Below, piece by piece: positions 1-10,562 of a DNA stretch of 64,000 bases (its first letter is position 1; each line of letters starts with the position of its first letter). A program made the position numbers and the translations under genes. Where the stretch lies: the IMG/VR virus record IMGVR_UViG_3300016476_000256, positions 1-64,000 of that record; one strand, 5' to 3'. The stretch comes from a virus. The notes beneath the pieces are model-generated. The model had not been told where the DNA came from, searched no databases, and saw only the letters and a program-made list of their open reading frames with translations.

Positions 1-367
1 TGATATCACCATGTCCAAATTCTCTGCGGCTTAATTTAATTCTAAAAGTAGAACCATCTACTCCTTTGAAGTCATTAAGTGGTTCAATGTCTTCAAGTAC
101 ATATGGAAGATCTGTAGAGACAGGAGTCTGCCACTTATACTCTCCACGAGCATTATCAACCATAATTACATTTTTGCCACCAAAGCTAGAAAGCTGGTAA
201 AGCGGCATTTCTACTTTCTGAGCCATAGCCCATAAATCAACTGGACCTAAATCCATAGGTTCAGCATCCTTTAACATATTCACTAAGTGATAAGAGTCTA
301 CATGCGATGAAGCTTGGTAGGCTGTATCTCTTAGGAATATCCCATTGTTTAAAATTGGAGTTGCCAT
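1..367 (-). CDS. major capsid protein candidate, N-terminal fragment (gene runs off the left edge)
   Basis: Reverse-strand ATG at 367-365, then an open frame to position 1 (MATPILNNGIFLRDTAYQASSHVDSYHLVNMLKDAEPMD...). Lies directly downstream of the portal and scaffold-like genes. Assigned by synteny only. Confidence 0.45.
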   Translation of the reverse strand, partial: MATPILNNGIFLRDTAYQASSHVDSYHLVNMLKDAEPMDLGPVDLWAMAQKVEMPLYQLSSFGGKNVIMVDNARGEYKWQTPVSTDLPYVLEDIEPLNDFKGVDGSTFRIKLSRREFGHGDI

Positions 368-395
368 TTTTATATTTGTTTTATTTGTTACTTAA

Positions 396-1643
396 TTATC
401 CTCTCTTGAAGAAATTTCCTCTTGAGATTGTTCTTTGTGGTTTTGGGGAAGAAGATTGTGTTCTTCTAGGAGCTTCTTCAGGCTCTACTACAGATGAACT
501 TATTCTTCTACCTTGTTCCGTTTTTAATTGTCTTACTGCTTTCTCTGTAGCTTGTCTTGATCCTTGCTCTCTCATTTTAGATTTATAACCATCTGGATCT
601 GCAAGTAACCATAGAGCTTCTGCAATAAGATCATGTCTTGGTTCTACAAACTGATACTTCTCTAACAAGTGCCCAAGTAAGTTTGTAGGTTTACCAGAAA
701 TAGAAGGATAGTTAGGTTGAACTAATCCTGAAAACAATAAACCTTGTACTTTTCTATCAAGTTTGATTCCTCCAAGCTCACCAGTAGATAGTGTATTATA
801 TACATTATCTTGGTATTGTTTTGCTGCTTCAGCTTGTTGTTCTCTTTTCATTTCTTGTTCAGCCAACTGTCTTTCAATAATAGACTCTTGCATCTTATCC
901 AATTTTGGTTTGAACTGTTGTGCTTTTTTATCAAGCCTTCCCATGTCCATCCAATCTTCTATTTCTGCTTCAATTTCTTCTGGCGTACCAAAATTTGTTG
1001 CATGTAAGTATTGTCTTGCAATAACTATCTGATCATTCTCATCATAAGGATCTAGGTCTCTCATCTCTTCTACATGAGCAAGAGTTCTAAACAATCCTTT
1101 AAGATCAGTACCACCATCTGCAACATACTTAGCAGCAATTTGAAGTTCTTCTGGTAAAGCTTGAAAAAATTCTTTTGGTGTGTTTTCTCTAATTGCATTT
1201 TCTCTTTCTTGAAAGTTTGCTTCAAATAGTTCACGGAAATCTTTTGTTGTGTAATCCTCTAATGGTTTATCATCATCAAAAGGAATAAGAGTTCCTTCCT
1301 CAATCATTTTAGTTGCTAACTCAGCAAGACCTGATTTATCAACCTTTGGTCTGCCTTTGTTACCAGCATCCTCTTCTTGAGTAATTAAACTATCTAACTC
1401 AGCAATAGTTTCTTCTACTTCTTCTTTCTTTGCTACTTCTTCTTTAGAAGCAGGCTTGTCAAGGAACGTTGTGTCTACATTTTCTTTTGAAAACATAGAC
1501 TTAGGTTTTTCTTCATCTGCTGGAAGCATTACACTTTCTGCTCCAGGCATGCCAAACATTTCATCAATGTTTACATCTACTTGATCTACCTTTGTAGTAT
1601 CTTGCACTTGGTCTTCACCAAGTACTTTATCTAATTCATCCAT
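396..1643 (-). CDS. scaffolding protein candidate
   Basis: 415 aa, highly charged and helical-looking (EEVAKKEEVEE, QLAEQEMKREQQAEAAKQ). Located between the portal and the capsid candidate. Position-based call. Confidence 0.5.
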   Translation of the reverse strand: MDELDKVLGEDQVQDTTKVDQVDVNIDEMFGMPGAESVMLPADEEKPKSMFSKENVDTTFLDKPASKEEVAKKEEVEETIAELDSLITQEEDAGNKGRPKVDKSGLAELATKMIEEGTLIPFDDDKPLEDYTTKDFRELFEANFQERENAIRENTPKEFFQALPEELQIAAKYVADGGTDLKGLFRTLAHVEEMRDLDPYDENDQIVIARQYLHATNFGTPEEIEAEIEDWMDMGRLDKKAQQFKPKLDKMQESIIERQLAEQEMKREQQAEAAKQYQDNVYNTLSTGELGGIKLDRKVQGLLFSGLVQPNYPSISGKPTNLLGHLLEKYQFVEPRHDLIAEALWLLADPDGYKSKMREQGSRQATEKAVRQLKTEQGRRISSSVVEPEEAPRRTQSSSPKPQRTISRGNFFKRG

Positions 1644-1727
1644 ATGTGTTGGTTTTGTTTATAATTTAATATAAGAAATAAACTTCAAAAATTTATCATT
1701 TTGAAATTAATTTTTTGCACTATATAG

Positions 1728-4484
1728 CTAAGACTTATCTTTTGATTTTGTAGAACCACCTTTATCATACTTATTTTTATTGACTTGAGCTATCTGCAAC
1801 TGTTTATCAGCTATTTCTCTTTGCATATTTATCTTCTCTCTTTCTAAAGCTATCTTATCTCTATCAGCATTTACTCTGTTATCTTCTTTAGTTTTTTGAA
1901 GATCAGTTTGTTGCTGATATTGTTGTGTTGCTCTAATATCTTTCATAGCATCTGCATAGTCTGACATTTCATTCTGATTAACATCTGCCATAGATCCATA
2001 ACCTGCTGCTCTAATTTCTGCTACCAAGATATCTCTTTGTCTATCTTTTTCTTTCTCAGCTGCAACTGAATCAATCTTCATTTTCTCAATTTCTTGTTGA
2101 GATTTGATTTGTTGTTCTTGCATTTGCTGTTGTTGTTGCATTTCTTGTTGTTTAAGCTCCTGTTGTTTTTGTTCAGAAGACTTAAGAACAGTATTAAGTT
2201 GTGCAATTGAATCAGACTGTACAATTTTACCAAGATCATAAATACTAGCACCAGCTGTATTATTAGTCATGGCCATTTGTTTTAACTGCTCAAGAACAGC
2301 TCTGTGGTTTGCAGTAGTGCTACAGAATATATTAAGATCTCTCATCAAAAGATCTGTACCATTTATTTCAAAATTAACTTTTTCATCTGCTGTAGTAATA
2401 TAAGTTAATCTTGTAGATGGTTTTGTAGAGTGATAGTATTGTGCTAAGTCTGTACGCATTTGATGTACTCTAGGCATTAGATAATCACAATGCTGAATGA
2501 AGAACACCTCTGTCTGTGCATAAGATGCTGCAGCAGCTTGTTCTACCCCTGTAGCTGTCATCTGAGATAACTGTTGTCCCATTCTTTGTGGGTTAACTCC
2601 AATTACTTCATAAGCTTGTTGCTTGAAGTAGTTTGCAATATTAATCCTAGACATTAATCTTTCTGTCTGAGATAGATCTAGTTTTTGGAAGTGCTGGAAG
2701 TTAAGAGCATTCTCAGTGTTAGTAATAGACGTATCTAATGGTAACATCTGAAAATTCTTCATTGCTACATAAGCTTTAGCATAGTTACCTTTACCCCAGT
2801 CTTCACCAAGAGAGTGCTTAGGTAAAGTATTCTGATCTAACATGATAATAGTACCAAGCTCATCTACTAAGATATCTGCTATCTGATTGTTTACAATATT
2901 ATATCCAATCTGATATGGCTTCATTAAGTCTAATAGAGCAGTAGACCTAGTATTTCTATCTGAGAATACAGATCCTTCTACAGGAAGTTTACACCCATAT
3001 AGTGTGCTATCACCTTTAAATTGGAAAGGAATAGGTCCAATCTTTGATTTATTTATTCCTATGTACATTGGAGTAAATCCACCTGGATTATTCATACCCC
3101 AGAAAGATGGAATATTTGGTCCAATCTTAATACCACCCCATACTTCATTGATCCAGATCCAGTCTATATGCTCACCATAAATAAGAGTATCTTTAGTTTT
3201 ATTCTTATTTAATCTAGTATCATAAATTGGTTTAGTTGTGATTTCATAATCTTCATCAACTATATCCATCTTAACTTCACCATTATCATCTATAGAAATT
3301 AGATGTCCAACCTTTCTTTGTGACTTCCAATAGATTGTACTTACTCTTAATAAGTATGCAATACCTTGGTCATAATAGTCTTCTCCTTCAGAAAGTATCT
3401 GTGCAATAATATCTCCACCACTGTATACTGAATTAGACATTGCTGTAGTATATTGTCTATATGCAAGAGAAGGCATATTGACATTCCAGTCATGTGATTT
3501 TGTAGCATCATATCTTGTACCATCATTTTGATAACCTCCAACAACATAACCAGCAGATCTAATAGGATAAATTGCCTCTAAAGCTTTTAACTGTTCTTCA
3601 TCCATTAAATAGCCATACTTGTCTATTACATCTGATGGAGTCATCATATCTGTTTTACCAACCCAGTTAGCTTGTGATATATATCTAGCATCTGGAGATT
3701 TGTGGTAGAAAGTAATTGCTGGATTCCAAAGCTCTACTTCATAGTCATCTTCCATCATTCTAAAATGCCAGAACTCTCTATCTGTAATAAGCATGTCTCT
3801 AAATGCTCTTTCTTCAAGTTCATCCATTCTAAATCTTTCTACATCTACTTTATGTTGATGAGAAGCCCACTCTTCAATCATTGATCTGTAATCTTTCTTG
3901 AAGTACATTTCTATCTCAGGAAGAGTTTTTAATTTTTCATCAGATGTTTCTTGCATAAATTCTTCAGATGCTGGATCTAATCCTTGATCCATTAATGCAG
4001 ATGAAATTTTCATCTTAGCATCTTCTAATAAAACATCCTCTACCATTTTTCTTTTTTGCTCTAGCATCTCATTATATGAGAACTCATCCACAGCACGGTA
4101 AGTAAGTTTAGTTGATCTCTTAGCAAATTCAGCTACAAGAACATTAATAACATTTGGAATAATAGGATAAAACTTTAATTCTAGTGCAGAAGCATCTTCC
4201 TTAGTGAGTAGTTCTACTATATCTCTATACTCATTATTATCTTCTACAATATAATCAGACTTATCTATAATACCTTTTGCAAGCTTGTAGTTTTTCATCA
4301 ACCTTCTGGCATTTCTACGGATTTGTTTTAATCCTTGCCATTCTACCCAATCCAAGTTCCAGGCAGCCCATGCTTCATCTTTTTCCTTTTTAGGTAAAAA
4401 CTGTAATGGCTGAGTAACAGTACCCATTCTACTGTTTTCAGCTTTTGCTCCTTTCTTTAACTGTAATGCGTTATATACTTGCAT
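1728..4484 (-). CDS. portal protein
   Basis: 918-aa ORF starting 3 nt after the terminase stop. Size and position are typical of a portal. Q/E/K-rich coiled C-terminal tail. No motif-level proof. Confidence 0.7.
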   Translation of the reverse strand: MQVYNALQLKKGAKAENSRMGTVTQPLQFLPKKEKDEAWAAWNLDWVEWQGLKQIRRNARRLMKNYKLAKGIIDKSDYIVEDNNEYRDIVELLTKEDASALELKFYPIIPNVINVLVAEFAKRSTKLTYRAVDEFSYNEMLEQKRKMVEDVLLEDAKMKISSALMDQGLDPASEEFMQETSDEKLKTLPEIEMYFKKDYRSMIEEWASHQHKVDVERFRMDELEERAFRDMLITDREFWHFRMMEDDYEVELWNPAITFYHKSPDARYISQANWVGKTDMMTPSDVIDKYGYLMDEEQLKALEAIYPIRSAGYVVGGYQNDGTRYDATKSHDWNVNMPSLAYRQYTTAMSNSVYSGGDIIAQILSEGEDYYDQGIAYLLRVSTIYWKSQRKVGHLISIDDNGEVKMDIVDEDYEITTKPIYDTRLNKNKTKDTLIYGEHIDWIWINEVWGGIKIGPNIPSFWGMNNPGGFTPMYIGINKSKIGPIPFQFKGDSTLYGCKLPVEGSVFSDRNTRSTALLDLMKPYQIGYNIVNNQIADILVDELGTIIMLDQNTLPKHSLGEDWGKGNYAKAYVAMKNFQMLPLDTSITNTENALNFQHFQKLDLSQTERLMSRINIANYFKQQAYEVIGVNPQRMGQQLSQMTATGVEQAAAASYAQTEVFFIQHCDYLMPRVHQMRTDLAQYYHSTKPSTRLTYITTADEKVNFEINGTDLLMRDLNIFCSTTANHRAVLEQLKQMAMTNNTAGASIYDLGKIVQSDSIAQLNTVLKSSEQKQQELKQQEMQQQQQMQEQQIKSQQEIEKMKIDSVAAEKEKDRQRDILVAEIRAAGYGSMADVNQNEMSDYADAMKDIRATQQYQQQTDLQKTKEDNRVNADRDKIALEREKINMQREIADKQLQIAQVNKNKYDKGGSTKSKDKS

Positions 4485-4486
4485 AG

Positions 4487-6688
4487 TTATTTTATATTTT
4501 TAAATGGTGATTTTTTAAAAGCCTGACCATTAATTAAGTTACTGCGTCCACCAATATGCCTAAATGGACTACTATTTAATTTAAACAAATTTTCTGACTT
4601 TTGCAAGTTTTTAGCTACATCATCCATGATAGTTCTTTTTGAATAACCTCTGTTAGATTGTTGTATTCTCATGAATGCAACCAATGCTGTAAATGCCACA
4701 AGTCTATCCACGTTAAGACCCTCTGTATATTCTTGCATTTCTTTAATAAGCATGGGGTCCGGGATTCTTTCTATTCCATATTTAGTTTTTACAATTGTTC
4801 CATCAGGTTTTGTTTCTACATCTAGTTCCTCTTTACAATACTCTATAACATAACTTAATAAGTGTGCCTTAAATAAAGTACCAGTATTTCTCCAACCATA
4901 CTCTTGATAAACATTAGTATTTGCACCAAGATCCTTTAAGAACATGATTTGATTCTTAGGTACAAGATATCTTTGTTTCTTTCTAGATATCATATATTGT
5001 ATAAACAAAGACACGTTACTTTCTATAAGTGCCCATGCATTATACCATTCTATTATTAGTTCTAATCTTTGGTGAGTTTTGTTAATGTCATCAAATCTAC
5101 CACACCAAGCAGCTACTATTTTATCTTGTTCTATATATGTTTCTGTTTCAGAACCAGTTACTTTAGTTACTTCTACCGGTGCTTTCATTACATATATAGA
5201 GCATAATGATTCTGATGTAGTTGTTTTACCTTCTGATACGGGGTCAATAGATGCATAATACTGACCAAATACCGGATCTTTAATTGGTCTTTCCCATACA
5301 ACAAGAGTTCCTGTTTTATCTTCTAATTTCTTAGATACAGGGAATTGCATAATAGGTAATTTATGAGTTTCCTTTACTGCAGGTTTTCCATTCTCATTAT
5401 AGAATATATCTAAGAATTCATATGCATATTCTTTTTCTTCTATTCTTCTCTGTTGTGCAGCTACAAGATGGGGCGGAAACACAGATACAGATCTATGTGC
5501 AAATGCTTCTTCAATATTTCTAGGGTGCTGAGATATCCTTAACTGGTAGTCTTCTGGAGATAAATCTTTCTTCCATTCTTCAAACTGTCTATCTAATGCT
5601 TCTAATGCATCTTCTACAAGTGAATTACCATATTGATCAATATGCGGAGGCATTGACCATTGCTCAGGAATAAACAAACCTGAGAGACCTTCTGTTCCAT
5701 TTTTATCAATAAGATTTGTTTCTACTGCATAAATATCTTTAGATGTAGGATTTAGAATCATATCTTTAAGTGGGTTACACTGAGATAAATCTCCCACAGA
5801 TCCTGCAGCTATAAACATACCTGTAGTAATTAAACCAGATCTCATTGCTGGTCTCATATACTCATAGGTCTGATCCATCTTTGGTGCAATACCAGCCTCC
5901 TCATGAAAGAAAAACTTTACTGGACCCCCTACACCATTTGTTGGATCTTTCTCAAATGACATTCCCTGCATTGTACCTTTGAGACCCACTTCATTTTTTC
6001 TATCTCCTTTTCTTACTTCAATCTTCTGTTGCCACATCATTACTTTATGTGGAGTCATTGGTCTATACCATGCAGTATGTTCATTTAAGAAAGCTGCATA
6101 TTCATCTAAGAACTTCCATGAACCTTTTTCATTTATATAGTCTTTAAGACTTGCTCCTATCTTCAAAGTAACCCCAGCTTCAAACCATATTTGATTTAAT
6201 AGCTTAGCCATGTGAAAATAAGAAGAGGCTATCTGACGTTTCTTAAGAATAGCTACGTGCTTATAGTTGAGCTCTGCCAATAGTTCATAGAGGGCCATGT
6301 GATACTGGGCATCACGTATTTTAGCAAAGTCAAAAATTTGCTGTTCTTTATCGAATATTGGTAAGAAGTTAAGCCACATGTAGTAATCTCTTGTAAGGTA
6401 CCAGGTGTTTTCTCCTGACTTATAGATAACTCCTCTTCTACATTTGAGTTTTTGATCATCCCAGTAATTGATAAAATCTTTGGATTTAAATGGAGAGTCA
6501 CAGTAGTATCCATTGTCTCTGAACTTTCTTGACTCTGCATTAAATAATAAGCTAGTTTCATTAAAATTATATTTACCCGGTTCTTTAAAAATATCTCTTA
6601 CAAACTTGGCAAACTCTTCTCTTGAGGAAAAATCTGTAATAGTCCAAGTTCCATTATCATATGTTGGTATGTTCTCAAATATTTCCAT
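4487..6688 (-). CDS. terL: terminase large subunit
   Basis: 733 aa, immediately upstream of the portal. The C-terminal half carries a nuclease-type segment (YYASIDPVSEGKTTTSESLCSIYV). Architecture and synteny fit TerL. Confidence 0.8.
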   Translation of the reverse strand: MEIFENIPTYDNGTWTITDFSSREEFAKFVRDIFKEPGKYNFNETSLLFNAESRKFRDNGYYCDSPFKSKDFINYWDDQKLKCRRGVIYKSGENTWYLTRDYYMWLNFLPIFDKEQQIFDFAKIRDAQYHMALYELLAELNYKHVAILKKRQIASSYFHMAKLLNQIWFEAGVTLKIGASLKDYINEKGSWKFLDEYAAFLNEHTAWYRPMTPHKVMMWQQKIEVRKGDRKNEVGLKGTMQGMSFEKDPTNGVGGPVKFFFHEEAGIAPKMDQTYEYMRPAMRSGLITTGMFIAAGSVGDLSQCNPLKDMILNPTSKDIYAVETNLIDKNGTEGLSGLFIPEQWSMPPHIDQYGNSLVEDALEALDRQFEEWKKDLSPEDYQLRISQHPRNIEEAFAHRSVSVFPPHLVAAQQRRIEEKEYAYEFLDIFYNENGKPAVKETHKLPIMQFPVSKKLEDKTGTLVVWERPIKDPVFGQYYASIDPVSEGKTTTSESLCSIYVMKAPVEVTKVTGSETETYIEQDKIVAAWCGRFDDINKTHQRLELIIEWYNAWALIESNVSLFIQYMISRKKQRYLVPKNQIMFLKDLGANTNVYQEYGWRNTGTLFKAHLLSYVIEYCKEELDVETKPDGTIVKTKYGIERIPDPMLIKEMQEYTEGLNVDRLVAFTALVAFMRIQQSNRGYSKRTIMDDVAKNLQKSENLFKLNSSPFRHIGGRSNLINGQAFKKSPFKNIK

Positions 6689-7203
6689 TACTGATCATAT
6701 GCCATTCCAATACCACCTCTTACTCTACTAGATTGTTCTTCCTGTAGATCTTTATATGCACCTTTAAATGATGCTCTAATTTGCTCAAAGTTTTTTGCTG
6801 CAGCTACCAGAGAGTTAATATTACCATCTCTACCGTGTGAGATAGGTGTAGTCTCCATATATTTAGCTAATCTATCTAACATAGATGCAATACCTTTATA
6901 TGCTCTAGATGTAGGTGTTTCATACATTCTCTGGCAGAACTGTAGTGCTATAAAGATATCTTGATCTTCTGTAGAAAACTCTGCATCTATTTGTTCAAGT
7001 ATGAGAGACTCCTTATCTACTTCTGGTGTATAAAAGAATGGGTTTAAGTCTGGATTAGGGCAAGTCATATAAAACAAGTATTGGTATATCTTGATATAAT
7101 CATCAGGATAGTTATCCATTACCATCTTAAGTGCCTTTAGTGTATAGCAATGCTCTGTTGGAATTACTTTACCATTCTGTATGTCAAATAGTTTTACAAT
7201 CAT
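6688..7203 (-). CDS. hypothetical protein (possible small terminase subunit, by position only)
   Basis: 171 aa. Its stop overlaps the TerL start by 1 nt. No recognisable motif. Confidence 0.5.
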   Translation of the reverse strand: MIVKLFDIQNGKVIPTEHCYTLKALKMVMDNYPDDYIKIYQYLFYMTCPNPDLNPFFYTPEVDKESLILEQIDAEFSTEDQDIFIALQFCQRMYETPTSRAYKGIASMLDRLAKYMETTPISHGRDGNINSLVAAAKNFEQIRASFKGAYKDLQEEQSSRVRGGIGMAYDQ

Positions 7204-8033
7204 TTCTTTTTGATTTTATCTTTATTATCATGCAAATAATGCATAATAGCTGTTACTTCATCTTTTAGATATGGTATTTCCATTTGTATTACATCTTTAA
7301 CAATTGGGTCACCATTTTCATCATAGCTTGTTAATGGATAACCATATCTATCTTCTCCATCTGTTTCAAATAGTATATGATGAATAAACATTTTCCCAGG
7401 TTGTAATTTAGGATTATGCTTTAATATCATATACATATAGATACTTAACTGTAAACTGTAATGATTAAAATTACAATCATCTAAGTTAGATACAGGAGAG
7501 AGTAGCTTTTCAGAAACTCCCTCCCAATCTTTGTAAGATTCAGTCTTAATCTCTTTATTAGTTTTGTAATCAATAATGTTTACTTTACCATTAACTACTT
7601 CTACGAGATCTGACTGACCACAGATGCCTGCTGATTTAAGATAAACCATATGCTCTGGATACACGCCTGGTTCTAATTTTTGTGAAGGAGCTATCTTAAT
7701 TCCATTTGCTAAATCATTTGGTTTAAACACTGGAACTGTAACACCTTCTCTTTCTATTGAAGCTAAAGAACATAAGTCAGCTTCTCTTTGATTATGATAG
7801 AATGTTCCAAGAGTAACTGCTCTTTCTGATTCTGCATTCCAAATAGATATAATATCTTTTGGTGAGAAACCATACCACTTAGATCTCTTGTTCTTACAAA
7901 CCTTCTTTGCAATCTTCTCTGCATCAAATGGTTTTTTAAAATGAGATACTAGTGTAGTAACACTTATCCAATTAATCTCTGAGCCATCATTGCTTTTATA
8001 GCTATGATCTTTGGCATTAAATACTATACTCAT
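7200..8033 (-). CDS. PD-(D/E)XK (RecB/Cas4-like) nuclease
   Basis: GQSDLVEV...VNIIDYKTNK gives the D...(D/E)xK core. A downstream QLSIYMY segment matches the QxxxY motif typical of the RecB nuclease family. Confidence 0.65.
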   Translation of the reverse strand: MSIVFNAKDHSYKSNDGSEINWISVTTLVSHFKKPFDAEKIAKKVCKNKRSKWYGFSPKDIISIWNAESERAVTLGTFYHNQREADLCSLASIEREGVTVPVFKPNDLANGIKIAPSQKLEPGVYPEHMVYLKSAGICGQSDLVEVVNGKVNIIDYKTNKEIKTESYKDWEGVSEKLLSPVSNLDDCNFNHYSLQLSIYMYMILKHNPKLQPGKMFIHHILFETDGEDRYGYPLTSYDENGDPIVKDVIQMEIPYLKDEVTAIMHYLHDNKDKIKKK

Positions 8034-8323
8034 AGTTTTTCTAATTCTTGTTCTTGTTCTTCAGTAATTAAAGCATCCCATTTACCTAATGGGCATGAAG
8101 ATGATAATGACCTGGTTTTAAAAGCAAGAGAACATCCACACTCATTACAGCAAGGAGCTGTACCTTTTACTGCACATTTCTTACCTTTGCTAGGACACTC
8201 ATCACAGATGTCATATCTAAGTCTAGATATTTCTTCAACTGTCTCATCTCTAATTACAGAGTTCTTAATTCCTTCAAGAATCTGTGATCTGTTTTGCCAA
8301 ATAAGATTAAGTACGTTCTTCAT
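8030..8323 (-). CDS. Cys-rich putative zinc-binding protein
   Basis: 97 aa with clustered cysteines (CDECPSKGKKCAVKGTAPCCNECGC...SSCPLGKW). ATGA overlap with its neighbour. Confidence 0.6.
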   Translation of the reverse strand: MKNVLNLIWQNRSQILEGIKNSVIRDETVEEISRLRYDICDECPSKGKKCAVKGTAPCCNECGCSLAFKTRSLSSSCPLGKWDALITEEQEQELEKL

Positions 8324-8681
8324 TGTTTTTGGTTTTTAAAAATTCTTCTTTTCTATTATTTACTTGTTCTAACTTAGAGCTTAACTTTAATAATAGCTCC
8401 AGTTTATTTTCCATTGCTTTTTTATTATGGTATGCTTTGAAGGTAGAAGTATCATGATTATCAAGTGATTTAGTTATCTTATCAATTGAACCAGCTACTG
8501 CTTTTGGCTTTGCTACAAACTGACCAAGACCATCTATATTTATTCTTGGATATTCTAGATTAGTAAGTAGCTTTCTAACATCTTTATAATAAAACTCTAC
8601 TAAGTCTTCAACTAAATCTTTTTTAATGTTTAGATCTTCAGATACTACATCATAGATTCTTTTAGCTTTCCTTGGATTCAT
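8307..8681 (-). CDS. hypothetical protein
   Basis: 124-aa ORF in the same-strand operon, overlapping both neighbours. No secure motif. Confidence 0.6.
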   Translation of the reverse strand: MNPRKAKRIYDVVSEDLNIKKDLVEDLVEFYYKDVRKLLTNLEYPRINIDGLGQFVAKPKAVAGSIDKITKSLDNHDTSTFKAYHNKKAMENKLELLLKLSSKLEQVNNRKEEFLKTKNNEERT

Positions 8682-9039
8682 CTCCTAAAAATTTATAATC
8701 TAAAAGAATAGTTCCTTCTGTCTGAATTTTTAAATCTGGATTTAGTTTAATTAACTTTTTGTTAGATGCATCTTTAATTACCAAATTATTTTTCTCAGCT
8801 TTATTTACACTGTTTCTTACAGTCTGCGGAGATTTAAAAATTGGCTCTTCTTCAGAAGATGCATCATAACAAAAGTCTGTTAATTCTATTGGTTCATTAA
8901 AACTTAGTAAAGTCAAGCAATTAAGATCTGAATCACTAAGATTAATTCTCTTAATGTAACAGTGTGTAAGAATCTGAAATTTAACTACATCCCATTTAGG
9001 CATTCTTACTCTTTTCTGTACTTGATTTACTATGGCCAT
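8662..9039 (-). CDS. hypothetical protein
   Basis: 125-aa ORF, tightly packed in the operon. Confidence 0.6.
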   Translation of the reverse strand: MAIVNQVQKRVRMPKWDVVKFQILTHCYIKRINLSDSDLNCLTLLSFNEPIELTDFCYDASSEEEPIFKSPQTVRNSVNKAEKNNLVIKDASNKKLIKLNPDLKIQTEGTILLDYKFLGDESKES

Positions 9040-9041
9040 GA

Positions 9042-9323
9042 TTACCCTCTTTTAAGCTTTCTACCCTCAGATTTAGTTGGCTCAGAAGATTCTTCTTGAT
9101 CATCTTCTGCTTCTTGTTGTGGACCATTCATCATCATGGCAAATTGATATTGAATACTAGATCTTTTAAATCTTGTTTCATCAATTTCTAAAAGCATTTT
9201 TTCATAATCTAACTGAGCTCTTAAATAAGGCATTGATTCTCTATAGAATTCAAGCATCTTTTCTTTTTGCTCAGCTAATTGTTCTGGAGTCATCTCCATT
9301 TCTGGTTGTTGGTTTGTTTCCAT
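9042..9323 (-). CDS. hypothetical protein (acidic, helical)
   Basis: 93-aa ORF. First gene after a terminator/promoter-like gap. Confidence 0.6.
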   Translation of the reverse strand: METNQQPEMEMTPEQLAEQKEKMLEFYRESMPYLRAQLDYEKMLLEIDETRFKRSSIQYQFAMMMNGPQQEAEDDQEESSEPTKSEGRKLKRG

Positions 9324-9349
9324 AAGACTTTAATTTATATTAGTTTACA

Positions 9350-9382
9350 CAAATATATATATAAAAAGTTTAAATAAAACAA
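9350..9382 (-). promoter_or_regulatory. Bacteroidota-type promoter candidate (TTG ... TATATTTG)
   Basis: On the minus strand, TATATTTG (plus coordinates 9357-9350) matches the TAnnTTTG -7 box. A TTG lies at 9382-9380, 22 nt upstream. The box ends 26 nt before the ATG at 9323. The spacer is slightly long. Confidence 0.35.
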
Positions 9383-9384
9383 GT

Positions 9385-9420
9385 TTAAATAAAAAATCCA
9401 GATATACTACATACCTGGAT
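9385..9420 (-). terminator. intrinsic terminator (minus strand)
   Basis: 6-bp stem 9396-9401/9415-9420 (ATCCAG/CTGGAT), followed on the minus strand by TTTTTTATTT. Downstream of the 9444..9758 gene. Confidence 0.55.
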
Positions 9421-9443
9421 TACCTTACCTATAGAGAAGTAAT

Positions 9444-9758
9444 TTATTTTTTTCTTTTAGTTGTAGAGCCAACTGATCTTTTTGTTTTAACTGATCCGCC
9501 TTTTTTGTTTTCTTTAAGGTCTTGAATTTTATCTTTAATTCCACCAACATTTTTAGCATATGCCAAAGCTCCAGCTGCTATTGAACCAATTGTTGTTCCA
9601 ATTTTTCTAAGGACAGGACCAGCACTATTTACAGCGGCTCTTCTACTATTAACTCTTTTTGCTCTTTTATGACCACATCCTCTTATAGGATCGCATTGTT
9701 CTGTTTTAACTCCTCCTGTCTCATATTTTTTAACAGACTTAATTTTTTTCATGATCAT
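9444..9758 (-). CDS. small basic protein with a Gly/Ala-rich hydrophobic segment
   Basis: 104 aa, K/R-rich at both ends. Central IGTTIGSIAAGALAYA segment. Flanked by non-coding gaps. Confidence 0.55.
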   Translation of the reverse strand: MIMKKIKSVKKYETGGVKTEQCDPIRGCGHKRAKRVNSRRAAVNSAGPVLRKIGTTIGSIAAGALAYAKNVGGIKDKIQDLKENKKGGSVKTKRSVGSTTKRKK

Positions 9759-9914
9759 CGATTTTTTATAGTTAAGTTTAATATAGTAAGTAAGTAAAAG
9801 TTTCTAGATATATCTATTTCAAATGATAGGATATCTAATGATGATAATCTTATTCTGATCATTATTTTATCCCACTGTTTTGTGGATGATTTCCAAGAGT
9901 TTCTAAATTTCATA

Positions 9915-10562
9915 TTATAGGTTTTTTAACATGTCTATTACTTTAGGATCTGGATACATATCACTCTTATCTTTTCTTACAGAGTTATGTGTATATATTC
10001 CAGGTGTCCCTTTAAATGCTTCTTTATCAATTGCCCAGATTTCTGATCTATAAGTCTTAGGAATATCATATGTTTCACATAAGTATTCTACTAGTTGTCT
10101 TAGAGATTCAATCTGTGCATCTGAATATTTGTACCAATATTTGGTACCTTTAAATGGTGTCTCAAGAGTTGTTACATTCTCCGGTTTAACAACACCATTT
10201 ACATAGTTATAGTATTTACCATTGCGGAGTTTTAATGGACCCCAGTTGCAAACTTCTATACCTACAGAAAGTTTATTTAAGTTCTGATACTTTGCACCAT
10301 TCTTAGTAAAGTCTTCTGAATCAATACCTAAATGCCAAGCCCAATGCTTACTTGAGAAACATTGTACAATGTCCCCATTCTCTCCAATAACAAATGCAGT
10401 TGCTATTCTTGTATCATTACTATTCCAGTACCGTGATACAGCTACTGCATTGCCTCCACCTGCTGTATGATGCAGATAGATTTGTGTCTTCTTAGACTCT
10501 TCAGCATAGAACTGATCTTTGTCTAATCTTGCTTGAACAATTTTATTAATATCCAGTTTCAT
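9915..10562 (-). CDS. N-acetylmuramoyl-L-alanine amidase (Amidase_2/PGRP-type endolysin)
   Basis: IYLHHTAGGG...WHLG...VGIEVCNWG pattern typical of amidase_2. Directly follows the holin-like gene. Confidence 0.85.
   Translation of the reverse strand: MKLDINKIVQARLDKDQFYAEESKKTQIYLHHTAGGGNAVAVSRYWNSNDTRIATAFVIGENGDIVQCFSSKHWAWHLGIDSEDFTKNGAKYQNLNKLSVGIEVCNWGPLKLRNGKYYNYVNGVVKPENVTTLETPFKGTKYWYKYSDAQIESLRQLVEYLCETYDIPKTYRSEIWAIDKEAFKGTPGIYTHNSVRKDKSDMYPDPKVIDMLKNL

Noticed and set aside
307-1032. Plus-strand track ORFs 307..588, 763..1032 and 810..1007, antisense to the scaffold-like gene.
   Set aside because: They are embedded in a longer, well-behaved minus-strand ORF. Their composition is low-complexity and Leu/Phe/Ser/Cys-rich, typical of shadow ORFs in AT-rich DNA.
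3347-8339. Short ORFs inside or antisense to portal, terminase and neighbouring genes (3347..3547, 3702..3884, 4671..4853, 6253..6561, 6513..6731, 8004..8339).
   Set aside because: All are nested in longer ORFs with recognisable functions or operon context. They have no independent start context.
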